A stretch of 20,000 nt of DNA from Saprolegnia diclina VS20 (Eukaryota), in the NCBI RefSeq assembly GCF_000281045.1, contig NW_008246080.1, forward strand, positions 675,185-695,184, read 5' to 3'. The number at the start of each line of letters is the position of its first letter. Within the stretch, counting starts at the first letter, position 1. The notes under the pieces are model-generated. The model searched no databases and was not told the origin of the DNA. It was given only the letters and a program-made list of their open reading frames with translations. Positions 1-8,968 of the stretch are shown here, piece after piece. The position numbers and the translations under genes are program-made.

Positions 1-633
1 GAAATCGCACTTTTTTGAGTTTCGAGACGACTCAATTTACCTCATCGAGATGGCCGGTAGACTCCACGGCAGCATTGCGGAGGGCATCGACGACGCGATG
101 CTTGAAGCCACGAAGCCGGAGGTCACGGGGACATACGATCGAGTCCTCCGGGAGCGCCGCGACGCGTACGTCGACACGACTCACGAACCAGCGGCAAACA
201 AGCTACCGAAGCTCGAGCCTGACTGCAGCTACGGCCCAGCACTCGACATTGGCGCCATCAAACCTCCCCACGTCCACAGAACTGAGTTCCATACGCTCAA
301 GATTGAGGTCGGCATCAATGAAGGCTGGTGATGCATGGACCGCAAGGTCGTCCAGTACTGCCGCTTTCCCGGTCTGCGCTACGTGCTCTGCATCTTCGTG
401 TCGCCCGACATGGGCATCCGCGAGTACAAGCTTTTCTCAATCACCAACAACCAGCTGATGGGCCAACCCCCGACCTCGTCAACCCGATTCCAATCACAGC
501 CGCTACGCGCATCGTGCTGGACAGTCGTCGGCTCTTGGCGCTGCCTAACGAAATGGCTCTTCCCGGGCGCTTTCCCCCCGAGTTGGTCCTTGATGTCCAC
601 CCGATCTTGGAAGACGCCTCGCTCGAGGAGTGA
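1..633 (+). pseudogene. Uma2-like nuclease paralogue, copy 1 (5' end outside window; disrupted)
   Basis: Aligns to 5544-6183. Premature TGA at 329-331 where the intact copy has CGA, and a 1-nt deletion near 460 (CTG ATG GG CCA vs CTT GAA GGG CCA). Final stop at 631-633. Confidence 0.85.
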
Positions 634-796
634 CAACGTCTCGTCTGAGATGACACTCTGCAGCACCGCTACCCCAAGAGTCATGGTGCCAGGATGACTG
701 CCAAGGCGATGATGCCGGTTGTCTCGCATTGGCGCTCGCGACGACATGCATACTCGACCTCTTCTTACTTCGTATATTGTATCAAGTTGATATCTA

Positions 797-3700
797 CTAC
801 GCGTGGTCGCTGTACTCGTCGACGCGGCAGTACGGGCAGCAGCCTTGGCGCAAGTGCTCAAACTCAAAGTCGTCGTCATGGAAGAACATGCGGCAGCTGG
901 GCGAGAGGTGCACCTTGATATCCGGGATCATGTTCTTGTAGTACTTGTAGCGCAGCGCTTTTGTTGGGTATTTCACGACAAACACTTCGTTGGGTTGTCA
1001 AAAGCACTTTGGCGTCAACGAGCAGCACGCGGTACGGGGCACCCCGACCATGCCCGCCCTGCTTGTTGAGCGCGCGCTCAAACAAGTTGCCCGTCGGCTC
1101 GTCGTCCGTCGCTTGGTCGTTGAGCTGCATGCTCTGCGCGCCGCCGTGGTCGGTCGTCTTCCACTTGTCGTTGATGTCGCCGTGCTCGCCATGTTGGATC
1201 GACGGCAACGTCTCGATGAGCGCGACCGCCTCGTCGTCGCTCAAGTCGGCTGTCGGTGCAAACTCGACCAGCGGCAAGTTGTCAAACGACAGAAACGACC
1301 GCACGAACGGGTGGGCCGAGTTGACGCAGACGTCGCCGCCGTTCGTCGGGTGCAGAAGTGGGTTGGTCGTCGACGACCGATAGTCGATCGGCAGCAAGTC
1401 GTCGCGATCCGAATACGGCTTGGTTTGAATCACCATGCTTGTCAGATCTATCGTCTGTTGCCACTCGGGCCGGACGCGCATCGTCTGGAGCCGCTCGTAC
1501 ATCAGGCGCGCCAGCTTGAACGCCTCGAGCTGCTGCGCGTGCTGCGCCAATGTAAACGCAATGCGTGCGATCGAGATGCCCGGGGGTGGCTTCTCCTTGC
1601 CAATGACGTTGAGGAGGAACCGCGACGCGTGGAAGAGGGTCTCGGGCTGCAGCGTCGTGAACGGCTCGTCCGTGTAGGCAAAGATGAGGCTGTACGCATG
1701 ATAAATCTTGCCGTCGACTTCGTGCGATAACGCCGAATGAAGGGTCTTTTGGTCGTCGGCCGTCAACGTGTCGGGCGACGCCGCTTTGATTGACCCGAGC
1801 ATCTCGTCGCAGATGCGCCAGTGGTAGTACGATGCGTCCTTGAAGCGGGTTTCAACGACGGCCGACGCAATGAGCTCGTCGAGGAGCGCCATGCACTTCT
1901 CCGGTCGCTTGGCGAGCGTGTAGGCGCCGAGGGCATCTTCAAACCGATCTTGGGTCGTGAGCCATTCCGCGTACGGCACGTAGACATCGGCGAGGTTCTT
2001 GACCTTGTCCTTGTGCTACACGATGGACCATGCATGTCCATTCTAGCGACAGTCATCGCCGTACCTTTTGTGCCAATCGAACCGCTTCTTCCCACTCGTG
2101 GCAGTCAATGTGCATCTTGAGTAGCGCGTCAAAGTTGCCAATCTGCGGTAAATATGATTCGATGGAGTTGACACATTGATAGATCGATACCTTGACGTAG
2201 ACGTCGCGGCACTGCTTGAATTTGCCGGCCTTGTAGAGGTAGTCGGCGCAGAGGGCGAGCACTTGGCTGTCGGCGTCTTGGCGCTGGACGACCTCGACCA
2301 AGTCGTTGTGCCAGCCGCGCGCGCCCATAATCTGCACCGCTTTGAGGAGGTTGCCGCTCGCAAGGTACATTTCCGAAGCCGCGCGCCAGTCGTGGACGTC
2401 CTCGGCCCACTTGGCTTGGTCCAACACGAGCTGCTTGACGTCGATCGCCTTGCTCTGCGCTGCAAACTTCTTGGCTTCGTCCCACATGCGCAGGTCCGAG
2501 AACATTTGGATCGCGCGTCCGACTTCGTCGGCGTCCATGAGCACTTTGGCCGCCAGCTGAAACTTGCCCTGGTACGCGAGGATCTCGGCTTGCATGAGCA
2601 TCTTGTGCTTCTTGTCGACGTCGGGCGCGGGCGACGTGGCCTCGTGCGCCTTGCGCGTCGCTTCGAGGTTGTTGACCAGCTCAATGTAGCGAATGTCGCG
2701 GACGCGGACAAAGCCCTTGCGCGCAATCTCAAAGTTCATGTGTTTTCTACCATAGTCATCTTGATACACGATTGATAGATTGATAGACTGATAGATAAAA
2801 CGTACAGGGCTTCCCAGGCGAGAAACCGCCAGTCGCTCTCTGTGACGCCGAGGCACGCGACGCTGTACGCAAGACCAAACTCCATTTGCTCGACGTAGCG
2901 ATAGAGTGGCGCCGACTGCGGTACGTCAATGGCCTACGAGACAAACTCAATATCCTTGCTTTGTATCCAGACGTGGAATGGATCGATCCATCGACACATG
3001 GATAGATAGATACCTGCACGGTGAGCGCGTGCAGACAAAATACTTTGGAGCCAGTAAAACCAACGACAAAGCCCTGCATGCGCTGGCTGTGCACGGGAAA
3101 GTTGCCCGTCTTGATCTTGAGTTGGCCGTTGCCCGCAAAGCAGAGCATGTCTTCGCACTCGTTGTTCCACGCGACGCTGTTGGCGCCCTTCTCTTCGTAC
3201 AAGAGCTCTTTCGTCACCTACATGTCGCAACACTCAGCATAAATCCCTAATACTCCACAAAAAAATTGGCTATAAAATAGTACCAAGTTGTACACGAGGC
3301 AGTTGTTGCTGTCATCGACCACCGCGAGCTTTTCCCGGCTACAGCCACCATGGTTCATTCCCACTCAACAACAAGAGGGACGTACTTGGCCGAAATATCG
3401 AGGCAAACGATCGCGTTGGGTTGCTTGATGAGCGGGATTGGGAATGGATTGTCGATAAAGATTTGGAATACACTGCCGTCCTTGAGGCCGACAAGGAGAC
3501 CTTCCTTGCCTTTGGCGCCGCCCGTCACGGTGATGTACCGAATCGGCGCTTCCAAAATCCACTCGCGCTCCTTCTTGCCAGCGAAATTGTACTGCTGCAA
3601 TTTGCGCTGCTGGCACAAGATGAAATGCAGTGACGTCACGACAAGGAGGGAGCACGGGAGGTCCTTCTGGATGCGCTCGCGGACGCGGTAGTGCATGTCG

Positions 3701-5002
3701 TACGACGTCTCGTTCGTGAGCTCGTAAATGATGATGCGGTCTGAGAGCTGCACGGCGAGGCGGTCCCGGTACACGGCAATTTTCTTGACGTAGTCGCGCG
3801 ACTTGATGCGGACTTTCTAGGATTTTTCATGAATTTTTAATGGATTTTGTGCATTTTTGAACGGTACTTGGTCGGTCATGAGGTGCTGCACAATGACATC
3901 GGTCATGTTCTCGCGGTACGAATACCGTTCCTGGAAAATGCCGTGCACGGTGCCAAAGACAATATTGTACACCGCGATCGTGCCGTCGTCGCTGCCGATC
4001 GCGATCGCGTTGGCCTTTGGTCGTGCTTTGGCGGCCCAGACCCACGCGCCCGTGTCGCAGATGCTACGCACATATTGCATTAGACCACATGGAAATCAAA
4101 TTCGAATGTTCGTACTCGGCGAGGAAGATGCCTTCTTTAGTAAACAAACTCGCCTTGTGGTTGGAGCCGCTCACAATGAGGTACTTGCCCTTGCTAGACG
4201 GACGACCGTCTCAACAACAAGACAACTTGGCATAGAATGACACGACGTACTGGTAGTAGCTGACGCAGCACGGATCAAACTGCAGCTTGCGGTCCTTGCC
4301 CACGGGCGTGCCATTTGCTTGGTAGAACGACATGGTGCGATCCCAGCACCCGACCGCAAGGATCTCGACCTCGTCGTCCCGGCACGGGCTCCAGCAGATG
4401 GTCCAGATCGGCGCGCTGCGCTCGATGAGCGCCTTCTCGCCGCCCTGCTTGTCGCGCAAGAGGATCTGCCCGTTGAAAAGGCCGAGCGCGAGGAGCTCGC
4501 CGTCAATGCTCCAGCTCGCGCAGAGGATCTTGGAGACAACCTTGTGCTTGGCGACCGACTTTTGCTCGGGCGACCAGAGGCCAAAGTCGGCGGACGTGCA
4601 GCTCGCGAGGCACTGCGACTGCGGGTTGTACACGACCTTTTGGATGCTTTCGTTGTGCGTGTACTTGAGGATGCCCTCGGCTTTGTCGGTCCAGATGATG
4701 ACAACGTTGTCGGCGCCGCCGGACGCAAACCGCTTGCCATCGTGTGCATAGTCGACAGTATACACCGTATCCTTGTGGCCTAGATAGGAGTACATGTACG
4801 ATGACGTCGCTGGTGTCGGCCAAAGAGGCGTACCTTTGAGCGAGTGCAAGAGCGTTCCGTTGGTGGCGTCGTAGATCATGACCCGGTTGCCAATGGCGGC
4901 GACGAGCTGCGAGCCGTCGGGGTGGAAGGCCAGGTCCTGCACGACGACTTTCGTGCCATTGCGGTCGGGCACCTTGTCGGACCACGCAAGGTTCGTGCGC
5001 AT
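797..5002 (-). CDS. IFT122: Intraflagellar transport protein 122 (IFT-A core, WD40 + TPR-like), 11 exons; frameshift near 990-1000
   Basis: N-terminal WD40 repeats ([35 protein letters not shown]), [34 protein letters not shown] and C-terminal [21 protein letters not shown] are IFT122 signatures. GT-AG introns that keep the frame: 4780-4833, 4194-4250, 4064-4115, 3817-3867, 3339-3385, 3218-3283, 2934-3013, 2747-2805, 2143-2190, 2016-2064. Confidence 0.95.
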
Positions 5003-5325
5003 GCTGCGGCGACTGGTCGGGCGACGCTTGACAAGATTTTGCGATCTGTCGAAAAAGCCCCACCGTCCAGTTTGGGTGATTTTTGTAAAGAGCTATGTCT
5101 TCAACGAGCCCGTATCTAGATGCACGCAAGTTTACATCCGCCAATCGGACGCGCGCTAGGCCTATCAATGGGTTTAATATTAGCCAATGGAATGCTTCCT
5201 CGCATGACACGCCATTTCGAGCCCAAATCCGGATACCACTTCATGAAAATAGCCAATGAGATGGCTGCACACAAAAAGATCGTTCGATATCCGGATATTG
5301 AGACCAAGGTTCGTCAGTTGCCAAC
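5003..5325. promoter_or_regulatory. Divergent promoter region between IFT122 and the intact Uma2-like gene
   Basis: 323 bp between head-to-head ATGs; CCAAT at 5141, 5184, 5253; ATCCGGAT at 5227 and ATATCCGGATAT at 5287-5298. Confidence 0.6.
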
Positions 5326-6183
5326 ATGATCGCCGTAGCGTGCTCGACGAAGGCGACGGGCGCCAAGCCAGCCGGACGCGCGCCCCGCGCTGACCCTGTG
5401 AAGCGCATCAACCGAGCGATTGAGGCTCTGGACTGGCAAGCCGCGCAGGCCGCCCTCGACGTCATCGACAACGACGGCTACCGGGTGTGCTCTGCGACCG
5501 AGGCCGACTGGGATCGCTACGTCGAGTCGGAAGAGCAAGAGATGAAATCGCGCCACTTTGAGTTTCGAGACAACTCGATATTCCTCATCGAGATGAGCGG
5601 TGGACTTCACGGCAGCATTGCGGATGGCATCGACGACGCGATCAAGGAAGCCACGAGACCAGAGGTCACGGGGACGGAGCATCGAGTCCTCTGGGCGCAC
5701 CGCGACGTGTACGTCGACACGACCGACGAGCCAGCGGCAAACAAGCTCCCGAAGCTAGAGCCCGACTGTAGCTACGGTCCAGATCCCGACATTGGCGCCA
5801 TCAAACCTCCCCAAGTCCGCTGGAACGAGTTCCATACGCTCAAGGTCGAGGTCGGTGTCTCTCAAGGCTGGCGAAGTATGAACGCCAAGGTGCTGCGATA
5901 CTGCGCATTTCCAGGCATTCGCTATGTCCTCTGCGTCTTCGTCCCGCCTGACATGAGCGTACGCCAGTACAAGCTTTTCTCGATCACCAACAACCAGCTT
6001 GAAGGGCCAGCCCCAGACCTCGTGGCTCCGATTCCGATCACGGCCGCTACGCGCGTGCGAATGGATGGGCGCCGTCTCTTGGCGCTGCCGGACGACACGG
6101 CCCTTCCCGGGCGCTTTCCCCCCGAGTTGGTCCTTGATTTGAACCCGATATTGAAACGAGCCTCGCGCCTCCATACAAAGTGA
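5326..6183 (+). CDS. Uma2-like (DUF820-type) PD-(D/E)XK restriction-endonuclease-fold protein, copy 2, intact, 285 aa, intronless
   Basis: Motif order FEFRDNSIFLIEMS..LH / EPD / LKVEVGVS / K..RY..FPGIRYVLCV matches the Uma2 pattern (ELxxG..M.P..H / PD / LVVEVxS / KxxxY..G...YWLV). Resembles C-terminal REase domains of oomycete Crinkler-type proteins, but no signal peptide or LFLAK header is seen. Family call is by eye. Confidence 0.7.
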   Translation: MIAVACSTKATGAKPAGRAPRADPVKRINRAIEALDWQAAQAALDVIDNDGYRVCSATEADWDRYVESEEQEMKSRHFEFRDNSIFLIEMSGGLHGSIADGIDDAIKEATRPEVTGTEHRVLWAHRDVYVDTTDEPAANKLPKLEPDCSYGPDPDIGAIKPPQVRWNEFHTLKVEVGVSQGWRSMNAKVLRYCAFPGIRYVLCVFVPPDMSVRQYKLFSITNNQLEGPAPDLVAPIPITAATRVRMDGRRLLALPDDTALPGRFPPELVLDLNPILKRASRLHTK

Positions 6184-6523
6184 CGTCGTCTCGTCTTGGA
6201 TCCGACTCTGCGCTCATACCACCACCACGTTTTGCTATAATCAGAAAAACATCCATTTTGCCTTGCATTCTTCCGAGGCGCTACTACTGGCATGACGTGG
6301 CACGGTGCCGATGACGGTGCCAATGGTACCGGTTGTCTAGTATTGGCGCTTGCGACTCCATGCACCGTCCGAACCTCCTCATACTTCGTGTATACAATCG
6401 CCTTGTTGAGTCGCGCAAATTATCAAGTTGATACTATTACGCGTGGTCGCTGTACTCGTCGACGCGGCAGTACGGGCAGCAGCCTTGGCGCAAGTGCTCA
6501 AACTCAAAGTCGTCGTCATGGAA
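5544..6523 (+). repeat. Direct segmental repeat of 1-883 (nuclease gene + spacer + IFT122 3' end)
   Basis: Collinear similarity through the nuclease ORF, a more diverged spacer (634-796 vs 6184-6436), and identical IFT122 terminal codons (800-883 = 6440-6523). Confidence 0.9.
6437..6523 (-). pseudogene. IFT122: Duplicated IFT122 3' end running into a gap
   Basis: Encodes [28 protein letters not shown], identical to 797-883 except TAA instead of TAG. Completeness unknown because of the gap. Confidence 0.75.
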
Positions 6524-6623
6524 NNNNNNNNNNNNNNNNNNNNNNNNNNNNNNNNNNNNNNNNNNNNNNNNNNNNNNNNNNNNNNNNNNNNNNNNNNNNN
6601 NNNNNNNNNNNNNNNNNNNNNNN
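6524..6623. other. Assembly gap (100 N, probably unknown size)
   Basis: Run of 100 N. Confidence 1.
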
Positions 6624-6738
6624 CAACCAGTGTTGTCGTTGCGCATCAAGGCAGCAAGAAAGAGAACGCCACCGCACGAGACATCGCAGTGAGGTTGTAT
6701 CCGGATAGCAACGTTGCCCGAGTGGAATCGGTCTCAAG

Positions 6739-7576
6739 ATGGTCATGCCTCCAACAGCAGCGACAACGAACCCCGAGACGATCGCACGTGATTCTGTCGA
6801 CCCAGTGAAGCGCATCAATCGAGCGATCGAGGCTCTGGACTGGCAAGCCGCGCAGGCCGCCCTAAACGTCATCGACAACGACGGCTTTTGGGTCTGCTCT
6901 GCGACCGAGGCCGACTGGGATCGCTACGTCGAGTCGGAAGAGCAAGAGATGAAATCGCGCCACTTTGAGTTTCGAGACGACTCAATTTACCTCATCGAGA
7001 TGAGCGGTGGACTTCACGGCAGCATTGCGGATGGCATCGACGATGCCCTCCGCAATGCTGCCGTGAAGACCACCGGCCATCTCGATGAGGTAAATTGAGT
7101 CGTCTCGAAACTCAAAAAAGCGCGATTTCATCGCTTGGTCCTCCGACTCGACGTTGCGATCCCAGTCGGCCTCGGTCGCAGAGCAAACCCAAAAGCCGTC
7201 GTTGTCGATGGCGTCGAGGGCGGCCTGCGCGGCTTGCCAGTCCAGAGCCAAGATCGCTCAGGCTGGCGAAGTATGAACGCCAAGGTGCTGCGATACTGCG
7301 CATTTCCCGGCATTCGCTACGTGCTTTACGTCTTCGTCTCGCCCGACATGCAAGTGCGCCAGTACAAGCTTTTCTCGATCACAACACGAGCTGGAGGGGC
7401 CAGCCCCAGACCTCGTGCCTCCGATTCCGATTCCGGGCGACACTCGTATCGTGCTGGACAGTCGTCGGCTCTTGGCGCTGCCTAACGACAAGGCTCTTCC
7501 CGGGCGCTTTCCCGCCAAGTTGGTCCTTGATTTGAACCCGATCTTGGAAGACGCCTCGCTCGAGAATACGGAGTGA
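6739..7576 (+). pseudogene. Uma2-like paralogue, copy 3, catalytic core replaced by an inverted segment
   Basis: 6799-7040 matches copy 2 5392-5633; 7041-7259 is inverted; 7260-7576 resumes at the equivalent of 5865. Stop at 7096-7098 inside the inversion and a frameshift near 7385. Confidence 0.85.
6821..7259. repeat. 439-bp quasi-palindrome: 219-bp arms around a single base (7040)
   Basis: Manual alignment of 6821-7039 to the reverse complement of 7041-7259: no indels, 17 mismatches (about 92% identity). Centre GGCATCG-A-CGATGCC. Confidence 0.97.
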
Positions 7577-7719
7577 TGACCTCGTCTCGTCTTGGACCCG
7601 ACTCTGCGACCGTAATCAAAACAACATCTAGTTTGCCTTGTTATTCCCAGACGCTACCACTACTCTCACGTGTCACGGTGCCAGCCAAGGCGGTGATGCC
7701 CGCATACAGTTCGGTTGGG

Positions 7720-7916
7720 TATCCGATGCGCTATCTACTGCGCGATCGAGGCTCTGGATGGCGTCGAGACTGTGCTTGACGCCATGGGGAACGACGGCTT
7801 TGAGGTCTGCTCTGCGAGCGAGGCCGATTTCGTCGAGCTCGAGAACTGGCAACGCTTGAGCCACAAGGTCGTTCGTTCCGTACGGTCGCTTTCCAGGCAT
7901 CCGCTACGTGCCCTGC
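7720..7916 (+). pseudogene. Uma2-like paralogue, copy 4, diverged and internally deleted fragment
   Basis: AIEALD..VLDAMGNDGFEVCSASEADFVE joins near 7837 directly to the W..SHKVV / YGRFPGIRYVPC region; runs into a gap. Confidence 0.75.
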
Positions 7917-8046
7917 NNNNNNNNNNNNNNNNNNNNNNNNNNNNNNNNNNNNNNNNNNNNNNNNNNNNNNNNNNNNNNNNNNNNNNNNNNNNNNNNNNNN
8001 NNNNNNNNNNNNNNNNNNNNNNNNNNNNNNNNNNNNNNNNNNNNNN
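7917..8046. other. Assembly gap (130 N)
   Basis: Run of 130 N. Confidence 1.
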
Positions 8047-8230
8047 GCACCCCGACCATGCCCGCCCTGCTTGTTGAGCGCGCGCTCAAACAAGTTGCCC
8101 GTCGGCTCGTCGTCCGTCGTTTGGTCGTTGAGCTGCATGCTCTGCGCACCGCCGTGGTCGGTCGTCTTCCATTTGTCGTTGATGTCGCCGTGCTCGCCAT
8201 GTTGGATCGACGGCAACTTCTCGATGAGCG
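8047..8230 (-). pseudogene. IFT122: Duplicated fragment of the last IFT122 exon
   Basis: Matches 1039-1222 with 4 substitutions in 184 nt; truncated at 8230 by fusion to nuclease copy 5. Confidence 0.9.
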
Positions 8231-8780
8231 TCGAGTCGGAAGAACAAGGAATGAATGCGCCACTTCGAGCTTCGAGACGACTCGATTTACCTCATCGAGA
8301 TGAGTAGTCGACTTCACGCCATTATCGCGGATGGCATCGACTACGCGATGATAGAGGCCACGATGCCGGAGGTCACGGGGACGGAGCATCGAGTCTTCCG
8401 GGCGCGCCGCGACGCGTACGTCGACACGACCCACAGACTAGCGGCAGCTGCTCGTACCCGACTCCAGCTACGGTCACGCGATCGACATTGGGGCCATGAA
8501 GCCGGCTCAACTTTGCTGGACCGAGTTCCATACGCCCAAGGTCGAGATTGGCATCAATGATGGCTGGCGAAGCACGAACCGCAAGGTCGTTCCGTACGGT
8601 CGCTTTCCAGGCATCCGCTACGTGCCCTGCATGAGGTCAAGCTCTTTGACCAACAACGAGTTTGATGGCTTCACCCTTGGCCCCAGCCCTCGTCGATCAC
8701 GGCTGGTACGCGTGTCGATGGATTATCATCGCCTCTTGGCACTGCCGGATCAACGTGCCTCCACTCTGGTTGTCGGGTAG
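8229..8780 (+). pseudogene. Uma2-like paralogue, copy 5, 5'-truncated and frameshifted
   Basis: Starts at VESEEQ; frameshifts near 8255 and 8445; retains PDSSYG and EFHTPKVEIGINDGW; degenerate 3' part ending RLLALPDQ. Confidence 0.85.
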
Positions 8781-8968
8781 CAGCAGTCCTTTGATACTGC
8801 ACTCCGAGACTCATTGTTGGCTCCCAGGATCATTCCGACTCCCTGTCCATGGACCCTTGTCTCTTCCTCTCCGTCGCATCGCAACACAGCATATGCCATC
8901 AAGATGCATGAATCGTGTATTCTTTGCCCACGAAAATGGCGGGATGCATGCAGCCGCCGTCGTGGCGC

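Noticed and set aside
4780..4833. In-frame insertions in IFT122 (also 2143-2190)
   Set aside because: Stop-free introns of 3n length with normal GT-AG ends; removing them restores the conserved sequence.
6982..7251. Minus-strand 89-aa ORF as a separate gene
   Set aside because: It is the inverted arm of the palindrome read backwards and has no ATG start.
1..8780. Repeats as a CRISPR array or classic transposon
   Set aside because: They are gene-length paralogues with no short repeat-spacer period, TIRs, LTRs, target duplications or transposase/RT motifs.
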